Positions 12,479-26,700 of a DNA stretch of 64,000 bases are shown one piece after another (the first letter of the stretch is position 1; the number at the start of each line of letters is the position of its first letter). The translations under genes and the position numbers were made by a program. Under the pieces are notes generated by a model. The model did not search any database. It was not told the origin of the DNA and saw only the letters and a list, made by a program, of their open reading frames with translations. The stretch covers positions 682,001-746,000 of the forward strand of contig NW_026782576.1 in the NCBI RefSeq assembly GCF_031769215.1. Direction: 5' to 3'. Origin of the DNA: Ylistrum balloti (lineage: Eukaryota).

Positions 12479-13775
12479 GCACCAACTATATCTACTCTCC
12501 TCAAGTGTGATCACCAACTATATCTACTCTCCTCAAGTGTGATCACCAACTAGGTCTATTCTCCTCAAGTGTGATCACCAACTATATCTACTCTCCTCAA
12601 GTGTGATCACCAACTATATCTACTCTCCTCAAGTGTGATCACCAACTATATCTACTCTCCTCAAGTGTGATCACCAACTAGATCTACTCTCCTCAAGCAT
12701 GATCACCAAGTATATCTTCTCTCCTCTAGTGTGACCACCAAGTATATCTTCTCTCCTCTAGTGTGATCACTAATTAGATCTACTCTCCTCATGTGTGATC
12801 ACCAAATATATCTACTCTCCTCAAGTGTAACCACCAACTAGATCTACACTCCTCAAGTGTGATCACCAACTAGATCTACTCTCCTCAAGTGTGATCACCA
12901 ACTAGATCTACTCTCCTCAAGTGTGATCACCAACTAGATCTACTCTCCTCAAGCATGATCACCAAGTATATCTTCTCTCCTCTAGTGTGACCACCAAGTA
13001 TATCTACTCTCCTCAAGTGTGATCACCAACTATATCTACTCTCCTCAAGTGTGATCACCAACTAGATCTACTCTCCTCAAGCATGATCACCAAGTATATC
13101 TTCTCTCCTCTAGTGTGACCACCAAGTATATCTTCTCTCCTCTAGTGTGATCACCAAATATATCTACTCTCCTCAAGTGTGATCACCAAATATATCTACT
13201 CTCCTCAAGTGTGATCACCAACTAGATCTACTCTCCTCAAGTGTGATCACCAACTAGATCTACTCGCCTCAAGTGTGATCACCAACTATATCTACTCTCC
13301 TCAAGTGTGATCACCAACTAGATCTACTCTCCTCAAGCATGATCACCAAGTATATCTTCTCTCCTCTAGTGTGACCACCAAGTATATCTTCTCTCCTCAA
13401 GTGTGATCACCAACTATATCTACTCTCCTCAAGTGTGATCACCAACTAGATCTACTCTCCTCAAGTGTAACCACCAACTAGATCTACACTCCTCAAGTGT
13501 GATCACCAACTAGATCTACTCTCCTCAAGTGTGATCACCAACTAGATCTACTCTCCTCAAGTGTGATCACCAACTAGATCTACTCTCCTCAAGCATGATC
13601 ACCAAGTATATCTTCTCTCCTCTAGTGTGACCACCAAGTATATCTTCTCTCCTCAAGTGTGATCACCAACTATATCTACTCTCCTCAAGTGTGATCACCA
13701 ACTAGATCTACTCTCCTCAAGTGTGATCACCAACTAGATCTACACTCCTCAAGTGTGATCACCAACTACATCTGA
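12479..13775. repeat. 32-bp minisatellite, ~40 copies, with degenerate flanks
   Basis: Unit ACCAACTA(T/G)ATCTACTCTCCTCAAGTGTGATC. The variant block AGCATGATCACCAAGTATATCTTCTCTCCTCTAG recurs at 128/256-bp spacing. Confidence 0.97.
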
Positions 13776-14451
13776 TCTCATTATGTGTTATCACCAATTC
13801 GATTAGCTCCAATCAATAGTGATCAAGGACTGATCTATTTCCATTAACATTGACCATCAACGTTATCAGCTTCTATCAATCTGTTCTCATTACATGTGAT
13901 CATCGGCGACATAGTAAACATCGTTTTACATAATTTCTGTCCGTGAGACAAACGGCATGCTCGTCGTTCCCTTTGTGGCGATATTAGGTCTACAAACTAC
14001 ATCCGTTTCATATGCTGTGACAGGCTAATCTATGTGAAAATATAACACAGAATATGTCAGGAATTTTAAGTCATAATTAACGAGTGTCTTAAACAGGTTT
14101 AGATGTTAAAATGGGTAAAGCGAATGTCTCTCCACGGCAAAATCTTTACTGCTTTATACCGACTCTGCTCTGGAAAACTGAAAAAATAAGATTTATCTTA
14201 AGACACGTGACAAATTTATTCAAAGTCATTTTATGGAAATCTATTTTTGAGACTAATGCATATACGGAAAATTATATACGTAAAACGATTTTTTGACTCA
14301 TGTCACAGAATATATTTGCTTAAAGCTACATGACCGCACATAACAACTTTTAATACAGTTAAGGTAGCAGCATCGTTAGGAACGTAGGACATGCAGTGTG
14401 ATCCTTAACAATAAATAGTTCATAACTTTTTTGTTTCAATTTCGAGACATA

Positions 14452-17400
14452 ATGTCATTTTGTGGATTTTTACGTAAGCACAGAACATTGTGTTTATTTC
14501 TTATTCCGCCAGTATTGCTCTTACCACTGGTCATCTTAGGAAACTCGCAGGTAAGTAGGCTGTCTCATGTAATGTATAGTAAACCAGCAGATAAGTAGAC
14601 TGTCTCAGGTAATGTATAATAAACTAGCAGGTAAGTAGACTGTCTCAGGTAATGTATAATAAACTAGCAGGTAAGTAGACTGTCTAAGGTAATGTATAAT
14701 AAACTAGCAGGTAAGTAGACTGTCTCAGGTAATGTATAGTAAACTAGCAGGTAAGTAGACTGTCTCAGGTAATGTATAGTAAACTAGCAGGTAAGTAGAC
14801 TGTCTCAGGTAATGTATAGTAAACTAGCATTGAAAATTACAATAAACGCACAGGCAAGCAAATTGTTACCGATAATTGTGGTAAACTCACAGGTAAGTTA
14901 ACTGTCATTGATAATTGTAGTAAACTCACAGGTAAGTAAGCTGTCAATGATAATTGTAGTAAACTCACAGGGAAGTTAGCTGTCAATGATAATTGTAGTA
15001 AACTCACAGGTAAGTTAACTGTCAATGATAATTGTAGTTAAATCACTGGTTAGTTAACTGTCAATGATAATTGTAGTAAACACACAGGGAAGTTAGCTGT
15101 TAATGATAATTGTAGTAAACACAGGGAAGTTAACAGTCAATGATAATTGTAGTAAACACACAGGGAAGTTAGCTGTCAATGATCATTGTATTGAACTCAC
15201 AGGGAAGTTAACTGTCCATGATAATTGTAGTAAACACACAGGAAAGTTAACTGTCAATGATATTTGTAGTAAACACACAGGGAAGTTAACTGTCAATGGT
15301 AATTGTAGTAAACACACAGGTAAGCAAACTGTCAATGATATTTGTAGTAAACACACAGGGAAGTTAACTGTCAATTGTAATTGAAGTAAACACAAAGGTA
15401 AGTTAACTGACAATGATAATTGTAGTAAACTCACAGGTAAGCAAACTGTCAATGATAATTGTAGTAAACACACAGGGAGGTTAACAGTCAATGATAATTG
15501 TAGTATACTCACAGGTAAGCAAACTGTCAATGATAATTGTAGTAAACTCACAGGGAAGTTAACTGCCAATGATAATTGTAGTAAACTCACAGGGAAATTA
15601 ACTGTCAATGATATTTGTAGTAAACACACAGGTTAGGTAACAGTCAATGGTAATTGTAGTAAACACAAAGGGAAGTTAGCTGTCAATGATATTTGTAGTA
15701 AACACACAGGGAAGTTAACTGTCAATGATAATTGTAGTAAACACACAGGGAAGTTAGTTGTCAATGATAATTGTAGTAAACACAGGGAAGTTAACAGTCA
15801 ATGATAATTGTAGTAAACACACAGGGAAGTTAGCTGTCAATGATAATTGTAGTAAACTCACAGGTAAGTTAACTGTCATTGATAATTGTAGTAAACTCAC
15901 AGGGAAGTTAACTTTCAATGATAATTGTAGTAAACTCACTGGTAAGTTAGCTGTCAATGATAATTGTAGTAAACTCACAGGTAAGTTAACTGTCATTGAT
16001 AATTGTAGTAAACTCACAGGGAAGTTAACTTTCAATGATAATTGTAGTAAACTCACTGGTAAGTTAGCTGTCAATGATAATTGTAGTAAACTCACAGGTA
16101 AGTTAGCTGTCAATGATATTCGTAGTAAACTCAAAAGTAAGTTAGCTATCATTGATAATTGTAGTAATCACACAGGGAAGTTAACTGTCAATGATAAGTG
16201 TAGTAAACTCACAGGGAAGTTAACTGTCAATGATATTTGTAGTAAACACACAGGTAAGTTAACTGTCAATGATAATTGTAGTAAACACACAGGGAAGTTA
16301 GCTGTCAATGATAATTGTAGTAAACACACAGGTAAGTTAACTGTCAATGATAAGTTAGCTGTCAATGATAATTGTAGTAAACACACAGGGAAGTTAACTG
16401 TCAATGATAATTGTAGTAATCTCACAGGGAAGTTAACTGTCAATGATAACTAGGTAAACTTACAGATAAGTTAAAAGTCAATGATAATTGTAGTAAACAC
16501 ACAGGGAAGTTAACTGTCAATTGTAATTGTAGTAAACACACAGGGAAGTTAACTTTCAATGATAATTGTAGTAAACACACAGGTAAGTTAACTGTCAATG
16601 ATAATTGTAGTAAACACACAGGTAAGTTAACTGTCAATGATAATTGTAGTAAACACACAGGTAAGTTAGCTGTCAATGATAATTGTAGTAAACACACAGG
16701 TAAGTTAACTGTCAATGATAATTGTAGTAAACACACAGGTAAGTTAACTGTCAATGATAATTGTAGTAAACACACAGGTCAGTTAACTGTCAATGATAAT
16801 TGTAGTAAACACACAGGTAAGTTAACTGTCAATGATAATTGTAGTAAACACACAGGGAAGTTAACAGTCAATGGTAATTGTAGTAAACACACAGGGAAGT
16901 TAACTGTCAATTGTAATTGTAGTAAACACACAGGGAAGTTAACTGTCAATGATAATTGTAGTAAACACACAGGTAAGTTAACTGTCAATGATAATTGTAG
17001 TAAACACACAGGTAAGTTAGCTGTCAATGATAATTGTAATAAACACACAGGTAAGTTAGCTGTCAATGATAATTGTAGTAAACACACAGGTAAGTTAGCT
17101 GTCAATGATAATTGTAGTAAACACACAGGTAAGTTAACTGTCAATGATAATTGTAGTAAACTCACAGGTAAGTTAACTGTCAATGATAATTGTAGTAAAC
17201 TCACAGGTAAGTTAACTGTCATTGATAATTGTAGTAAACTCACAGGTAAGTTAACTGTCATTGATAATTGTAGTAAACTCACAAGGAAGTTAATTGTCAA
17301 TGATAATTGTAGTAAACACACAGGTAAGTTAACTGTCAATGATAATTGTAGTAAACACACAGGTAAGTTAGCTGTAAATGATAATTGCAGTAAACCCACA

Positions 17401-20400
17401 GTAATTAACTTGTCATTGATAGCTATAACAATATCACGGAAAAGTAAACCGTATTTAGTAAACGTAACTTAAGAACTGAACTTATTAAATTGGCATGTTT
17501 CCAGAAGTCAAAATGTGCCTACGGTCTTGCATTGATGGCATTCTACTGGGTGACAGAGACATTTCCGGTTGCTATTACGGCTATGCTGCCCATCGTTTTA
17601 TTTCCGGTCATGGGCGTGAGCAAAATTGAGACAATTTCCGGGAAATATTTCAATGTAAGTTAGATCCAACCAATCTTTTTTGATAGAATGTTTATCGTGA
17701 CATAGTAAGACTACAGTTTAATCACCATGAAAGAGAAAGAATGAAAAAAAAAAAACTCAACGACGAACCGAATGAGTCGATTAAGTTGAGAAACCATTAA
17801 CACATCTGATATTGACCTGTTGAAAGATTCATGTTTTGTTTCAAATAATATCACAGCTTTGTCCTCGGATCTCATTGTCCACCTCCAGCATTTTCATTAC
17901 GTTTACCCTCGTGTCAGTAACTAAGTAAGCGTGATATCTTCACAGCAAGAATGAGTTTTTTCCTTATTCATAACATTTCATTGCTTATTTCTCTTACCCT
18001 GGACAGGTAAATCCACACTTTTTACCGGTGTGAGATTAATAAAATCTTTCACCCCTTTATTCTTGCCGAAAACAGAAGTTGGTACCAGGCCAAATCTCTC
18101 AATATTATTTACTCATGTGTAGATGTAAACAGCGATAAAATGAATTGTTATAACGTATCATTATTTAGAATCAAGCTTGGTATCATCAATAATTAGATTT
18201 AGAAAAAAACGTTAGTCGTATGGACAAATAATTGAATCCCGTTAATAATGATTTAATATTCATCTACTGTAAAATACTTAACTATGCTTCTGATACACTT
18301 CTTTCCTATCTTTCGAGATGTGTATAAGAATGGACAACACAAACATGATATTTCATGTTTTGTTCAAATTAACTCAAACTTTAGTTGCTTAAGATAAATT
18401 TGTTCTTACAGCCAACCATCTTTAATTTGATTGGAGCCCTAACTGTTGCCATAGCAATAGAAAGATGGAATGTCCACAAACGGTTCGCTTTGCGTTTGCT
18501 GCTGATATTTGGAACGACACCAATGTGGTAAATATAACTAGATAAGTGACAGCATTTGTATGCACGTAAAAACCCATGTTCTTATCTATAGCCGATCATA
18601 AACACATTTGGTAAACAGATGGCTTGTGTGGAAAGAACACATGTAATTGTTTTTTTTTAGCCAAATACGATTATAAGATCTGTTACTGAAATAGATTGAC
18701 AATAAAACTTTCTTTTCCGCGCAACAGCTTCTCTGTTATGAGTGTATGATCATGAACGGATTTCATTGGATTGCTCTTCAGAGTCGAAGGTCAAAGGTCA
18801 GCATTGATTTGTGTTCTTATTGGTCATTCATGCTTTTATCTGGTTAACAGATTGTTGCATTGCGGATGGGTCGCATGAGATTGACGCCACAGGTCATTCA
18901 GACAAAGGTCACGTGATCCGTTAGTGACATAATCATTATAGTTTCTCCCCATTGTTTCTTAGAGATCAAAATCCGACTCTACTGAAAATTTGCCTACATA
19001 TTTGACAGATGGATATTAAAGGCCTACAGATGTGCAAACTATATACGACTTCTTCCAAGATGGCGCCCATAGCAACAAAACCGAGACTTTAGATTGGTTG
19101 AAATAGAACATTAACTGGCATTAGTAATTATATTTACTATGCAAATTACTATGAATTAAGCTGTTCGAGATTTGATGTCATAACAAAGAGATAAACGGAA
19201 AAAATGATATAAAGCCCTAACTGAACGTCTTTAAAATCCAGAATGTATGCTTCTACATACACACATATATATCATATCATAACATTATGATGTCGACATC
19301 GTCATGTGCTCATAATAACATATTGTCAACTTAGTTTATGGTTCTAATCCTCAATACTTTTCTACTATATCATAGTGTCGATTTCGCCGATTCCTCCATG
19401 TTCCACATGTTATTAACATACGTTCGAGTTCTTCCAAACCTGAAACCGATTTATCGTTTCTGTATATAATTTTCAGGTCGATAGTCCTATCCTGTCTCCT
19501 ACCCTCAATGTATAAAGCTAAGTTGTTCAATTTATAACTATTTGTTTCCGAGTCTAGCCTGTCCTCTCAAGGCCTGCGTCGTCCCCTATAATGTTACGTC
19601 CTAACCTGTCCTCACAGGGTCTGGACCGAGTCAAATTCTTTAATGTATACTAACATGGTTGTATGTCCTTCCTTGTCCTTCCGAACCCTGTGTGATGAAC
19701 TATGAACTCTCCAGGTTGATGCTAGGATTTATGCTGGCTACCTTCTCTCTGTCTATGTGGTTGCTGAACATTCCAACAACCGCCATGATGGTTCCTATAG
19801 CACAAGCAGTGCTCACGCAGCTCCTGTCCAACAAAACGTCATCTGGCGATACACAACTTACAGGTCCCGAAACAGGTATATACTGCGTTATACAATGATG
19901 GTAGGTTAACACATATGGCTTAGACCAGTAAACCACCGTATTACAGATACAGGCATGACAAAACTATGATGTTCGTCTCCATGAATGAGACAGTTCCATT
20001 TTCCGAGAATTCCTATATATACTAAAAGGATAGAGAAACGCAGAAAACCAGAAATTAAGTATGATATCGGGCTTCATTTAAAACGGAATTTTATATACTT
20101 ACAGATAAATTAAAGCTTAAAAATTTCCAAAGTCTGTATTTTGCATCTGACAATTGGTTTAGAGGTACTAACGATTAAACTGAATGGACCCATAGGATTT
20201 TGAAATTGAAATCGAACTGTCGTGCCATTCTTAAAACGAATCAAATTATCAATTAATTTTAGGGAAACAGTTGGTCTGTATAAAGACTAACGAAGAGTGA
20301 CTTGTCCAAGAACCAGAGACCAGAACAACACAGTGCACGAGATTCTTGTTTTTTCCTTCCTCCATTTACCAGAGCTGCGCACTGTACCGTGACTAAATTT

Positions 20401-23400
20401 TCGATACATGACAAGGTGTAATCCTTTCAGTATATTCGAAACATTAGTATGACGTAACATTTCTAAATAATTAATGCTTTGATGGTGTCGCGTGTCGTTT
20501 TGTAATATCACCGTTTCAGGTCTTTTGAAAGATAAAGAGACGTAAAACATATTATCTCCCTTGCCCAGCGACGGTATAAAAAACGTGTATGAATCAATCT
20601 TACAGTATGAGTTAATATTTTAATGTAGATCTCCTGTGTTTGTTGTTATCTTGATCGGTTGTAAAGGAAACGAAGACTATTGCGTTACTGAAATCTCACC
20701 AATACCAAAAGGAACAATTTGGGCACTACTTTACCAAATTTTATGGAATTCAGTTTTTGAGAGGCATCCGGAAAAAGTTCGGGAACTGTAAATTTTGTAT
20801 TTCTGATGATATGTTTCTGTGGTTACAGAGAAACAGCACAGCTGAAATCTTGCCAATAGAGAAAAGCACAACTATATGACTGACCTAATATATGTATATA
20901 GTTCAGTAGAGATGAGTTGAACGGACGGTCTGAGCCCAAACCTGATTTGATATCCTTCGTACACCAGTTATACGAGAGATAACAAGCGGTTCCATGTCTA
21001 TTGCGTCTAACATTTTCATTTACAAACAAACACTGTCATAAGATCTAAGTCTACGACAATCTTGTTCTACTTCTCCTTGTACGATCCTCTATGGTCAACC
21101 TCGACACACAGTAGCTGGCGATCTAAGCACTATCTGAAACGTTTAGCAATGAAAGATTTTCATGAAAGTTCTGAAATACAAATAAAGTCCTTACTATTAA
21201 ATGGAATGTGAATTTCAACATTTTTATGGTATACACGGTGATTATGCAAGAGAGTGGATGAAATGAAAACACGCTGGGTTTGATTCACTTTCAGAGTGGA
21301 TTAAATCCTTTCTTATGTTATTGTGCCTGATGATAAGGTTTCTAATCATTTGATTCTAGTTTTCATTTTCCTGTATACAAAAATAACAAGGTTTGCTCGA
21401 TACTGGAGGAAATTTTACCGATATATTATCCAACATTTCCAACGACGAAATGCTCGCTAATCACGCTTCAGTATTACAATTATTTAGATTGCCAATTAAT
21501 GAAAAGGATACAGACCTCCCTTGTTTATATCTGATTTCTAAACTTCGCAAGAATCCATATAGCCAATGCTTTAATGCTGGCTCGTCTAGTCGTTCAACGA
21601 AACCTTAAATAAAACGTTCTTAGTACTTTCAAATCAGGGTTGTTTTTATACGAGGCTGAATTCATCAAATGTCAGCAATTGACAGAAAAAATAACAATAC
21701 ATGAATTCGCGAGACCGAGCTTGATGAAATAGGTGGAAAACTTTTAAGGTCATCACAATAATGTCATTGAGAAATATTTCTTTTTGCGACATGAAGTTGA
21801 AATTGTTTGATGTTCGTTAGCATATAACTGTTGGTTTCGTTATTCTCATCAAGAGGCGTAAATGACTTACTCGAGTTGACTGAGGTTTACATGGCGGGTG
21901 TCGTCAATGAAGCAGAAGACGCTCGCTCACCTTGTCCTGTTATCCTTTTATCCTAGCTTTTTAAAATTTGAGTTTTGATTATAATTCTGTTGACGTATTA
22001 GCATTAATCTTAATTTCCCCCCCAGCATCAAACAGGAAGAGCTCTTCGAAGCGTACAGTTCAGAAATATCAAGGGTTTGCAGTGGTCTGCTTATACTTTC
22101 ATTTTATACATTACGTTCCCGAATGCCACATTTCCATAATTCTCTTGTTTATACGAATGTAGCTGCGGATTCAATGTGATCTGTGTTCTTGTGTCTTATT
22201 CATTTTTATTTTTAAAAATATCTTGGGCTGTTCATGTACATTTTTAGGGGGACTGTGTTACAAATCTCAAGTTCTACTTTTTGTTTATATGCTTTGCCAT
22301 GTGTTTATTCGTAAATGTTTTTCAGATGTTAATAATCTGCTGTCACTACTGACTGTCTACAGTCTCAACGCAAATGACTTCACAATGGCTGAATTCAAAC
22401 AACTCTTTCTGCAGTCACAGACTGAAAAAAGTAACGGCATTTTGGTATGGTCGTGGCATATACATCATGGTTGAGATTATTATTCCTGTTCGTTTCAGAC
22501 AAAGACACAACGTGCAGAGCTAACGGAGGTGACGCTGTTATTTCTGATGTGTCAAGCGTGGAACTGAACCTAGATAAGACGACTGAAAACGATGTAGGGT
22601 ATGTAATTTCGATTGCGTTGATATGATTGCATCATATGTCTGTATATAGATATATTGTAAGCGTGTATTACATATATATATATATAAGCATTTCTTATTG
22701 TAGTTCTTGTGCTTTAAATATTACAACCAAGACAACTGAAGAGTTTGACTTTGACGCTCTAGACGAGGAATCTCAGAGCATTTGCAAGGCTACAATGCTC
22801 GCCATCTGTTATGCTGCAAACTGTGGAGGAATTGCCACATTGACAGGAACCGGAACTAACCTTGTCATGAAGGGACACGCTGATCTGTAAGGACATTATG
22901 TGTGTAAGGGGGATGGGATGGGTTGGAACGCGGTGTCTATATCTGACCATTCTATTCAGTGTTCACTTCGTCCCATGTACCATGGGGACAATCTAGGCCG
23001 TACTGTTGCCGATTGCGACATGCAAAGTAAAAATTGTTGTGGACTTCCTGATAAGGTCTCTTTAAGTTCTTAAATACCAAATGTTGTGAAAGTGCAAAAA
23101 CACGTTAACGTTCTTTTACGTAAACGTTACCCACAGCTGTATCAATGCATCATTCTTTTGCTTAATATAGCCATATCTAATCTCTGACACTACAGTAAAA
23201 ACGTTTTTTGTGTTAGCAAGTTTACTAAATCAGTTTTATTTTATTTTTAGGATATCGGATGGCGAGTCCGGAATAACGTTCGCCACGTGGTTTGTTTTTT
23301 CTTTTCCTGTTGCCCTCATCAACGTTCTGCTGGCATGGCTGTGTCTACAAGTTTTCTTCTTCGGAATACGGTATGTAACCTTATCAGCATTGCTTGATCT

Positions 23401-23693
23401 CAAGAGTGCAAAGTGCGGTAAAAAATCAATTGAAAGATTTTTACTGGATTACTCTTTGGTTATTAATCGAAACAAAACTTAGTTTATTTGGCAGATACAC
23501 AATACAAGTTAACTTAATAAAAAAAAAGTCGGACGCCATTATCTTTAATCAGGGGGACTATGTGGAAACTTCGAATTATCCAAGTGCAGTCGAGTTAATC
23601 TTATTACGTTTGGCTCGGACAGAAGAAATACTTCGAATAAAACGGGGTTTACGAATAGCTTGACTTTGATTCGACTGCACTTGATTTGCTGTT

Positions 23694-23747
<54 letters not shown>

Positions 23748-26700
23748 AGAAAGTACGTTAAACAACACTTGCTTTACTGTTTGACATTCACGTATATACA
23801 TGTACGCTCTAAAAGTGACGCTACCATTTTCTGACACTGTACGTACCTAGTCTTGAGAACTGTAAATGTTTTTGTTTTCCGAACTTGGATTAAAACAGCG
23901 AAAATTAGAAAATGATAGTGACGGAGGACACAATGGTATTTTCCATAAACAAACAATACATAGAAAATAAAAACTATGAAGGACACAGTAGTCTATTCTG
24001 TGAGCTCTGATGAAATATCTTTTCTTGCAGTATGTCATTTCAGTGAACGAGAAGCGTGAAGAAGTGAATACTCTTTTACGGTTTCTTTGATAAGAACTGT
24101 CTTCCAGTGTGTTATGATGGTGTACATGGAGCATGTAGCAGTGAATACCAGTGTACATATCCTCTATTAAGATTTAATGAAGATTGATGCCCGTCACACA
24201 TATCGAATTGGTGTTTTCCAGATCTCTATTTCGGTCCCGTAACACTGGAAATAGCGAAAGGGTTAAACGGTATATTAAGCAGCAGTATCATCAGCTCGGT
24301 AACTTAAGGTAATGCTTACAAATAATGTATTACTTTTCGAAAACGTTTCAAACATTACCCTACATCAAACAGTAGTTATCTTTCCTCTAGCTCAGTAATG
24401 TTAGGAGTCTGGAGACGAATGAGGTATATGAAAATTGACCAATATATTTACAATGTTGAAGTAAAGTTGATGAGGTGCATATGATTAAATCATCACCATT
24501 CTAATGATGCTGATTGTATGAGTTAATATTTTCTCTTGTTGAGAGTACTTGTATAAATAATATAAAGATTTTTGTTTCGTTTTTAAAAATGTATTGCTTT
24601 CTCTTGATGTCTATGTAAATTACTTACGTATGATTTATTTTGCACTTGGACAAATATTGTATACCAAAAATACATTCACAAAGAATTTTCTTCTTTCAGT
24701 TTCCCGGAGAAAGCAGTGTTGTTACACCTTGTGGCACTGGTCCTTGCATGGTTCACGATAAATCCAGAATTCTTCCAAGGCTGGGGGTTCTTATTTCGTG
24801 TCGGGTAAGGTCCTGCTGCCATTGCCGACTAGGTCACAAATTCTAGAAGAATTGTATTATTATTTTATTACAACACAAGTGTATCAACTATCGAGGCATC
24901 CATTTTTAAAACTAATGTTAACATGTGATTGCAGTACCCAGATATCTGACTAGCATCGTTAGAAAAACACAACAATTTTACAGTACATGGCAATTCAGCA
25001 GTACAATTGTCTATAGAATTGTTCTTGGATGTTTGGGATAAAAGGTTTATGCGTCAAATAGGGAAGTTAGGAAAGTGGAAATCAGTTACCTGATATGCAG
25101 AGAAACAGTCATAACCGAGTGGCAAAAATAATGAAATGGCAGTTGACTTTATTGTAAAACACACTGTATTATACACTCTCCATACCTAGATATCTGAGTG
25201 GTGCAGTACCAGCCATGTTTATCGCTATTCTACTGTTCGTCATTCCGAGCGGGATAGAGAAGAATGATGGTGAGTATCCCACAGACTTGGACATAGATTA
25301 CCTGGTAGACTGCCTGTTTCTTTATGTGTCATAATCAAGGTAACTGTATCTTAAATCACCTTTTGTGACATATTGCCCGATTTATAACAAGGAAATACTG
25401 ACGGAACTACACGGAAAGCATAAAAAAGGGTTCATTCACATTTTCGTAGTGTCTGATTTGTTTGGATGATTAACTATCGACATGGAGTGTAAGTATACAC
25501 AACATTGCCATTTTTCATTGACCCTCAAGAGACAAGTGAGTAGTATGGTGTGGTTATGTAACTCGACTGTGATTTCACATTGTTTCCTCAATTTAATTAT
25601 TTCGCTTAAGAGATAACGTTGGTACATTATTGATATACCTCTTTCGTTAGCACATCTGCTTTTATTGATTTCTGAATCCTTTACACACGTCAAGACATAA
25701 CATTCTTAGGTACTGTTTTCGTGCACCATTCAACGAAGCTTTTCGATAATGAATGTTGTTGCGATACCAATTATATAATATTTACGTCACAGATCCGTCA
25801 CGTGCGAACTTACTGGACTGGAAAACATTTAATAAAAAGTTTCCTTGGGAAGTGACGTTACTTATTGGTGGCGGGTTTGCTCTTGCGCACGCATGTAAGG
25901 TAAGTATTTCTTTATGTATAGAATATAATTTCTTATCAAAACCATTGAAACTACTCGTGTTTGGGATGAAGTGACACTTAATGCTGCATGTACAGCTTGT
26001 TTTTGTACAATCTTCTATAGTTCGTAAGGATCACTGTAATAAGATGAACAAGAGCAACGTTTTTTATTACTCTACCATCAAAACATACATGCTATCATAT
26101 CAGTGCATACTTTTCATTTAACATGTCATTAATATAATGAACCACTTCTTTAGCAATTGATTCTATTTACGTGTTACAAAATATATGTTTTTGTTGGCAG
26201 GAATCAGGACTTTCGCTGTGGCTCGCCCACCAGATGACTGCGTTAATTGGCGTTCCCACTTGGATATTGGTATTCATTGTCTGTTTGATCTGCTCCCTTT
26301 GTACAGAAGTTGCCGGTAACATCGCTATCTGCAGTATATTTATGCCTATCCTGGCCGATCTGGTAATTATATAATTATAAGATGTCTCCTTTTTAATGGT
26401 CTGCTTTGTTTTATATGTATAATGGTACGTGCCATCAGTTTTGTTGGCAATGTCATCTTACCTTATGTATTGATCATTGGAGGGTTGACAGAGTAGATCT
26501 ATAATACATTTACTCCTTTGTTTTAGTATACATGTTCTCTCCCACTCAGTTCTTCTGCTTATGTGTATATGTGTTTGACTTTGTGTTTTGATTTGAAGAT
26601 CTAGAATCCGTCTTTTGTGACTTAGGAAGACTTAAAAATCACCCCATACAGAGGGATCGGGCCATCACTTTTTCATGTTATTTAAATCTGTTATTGCTAC

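Noticed and set aside
14837-17399. Many ORFs (TGKLTVNDNCSK / LLQLSLTVN repeats) in the 39-bp array
   Set aside because: By-products of a 13-codon repeat inside SLC13 intron 1; the flanking exons join in frame without them.
24391-24423. 33-nt AG/GT-bounded, phase 2-2 candidate exon (SVMLGVWRRM) in SLC13
   Set aside because: Exon 24222-24308 already supplies the conserved QY.QLG.LSF.E segment. The 33-mer has no independent support, although a cassette exon cannot be excluded without RNA data.
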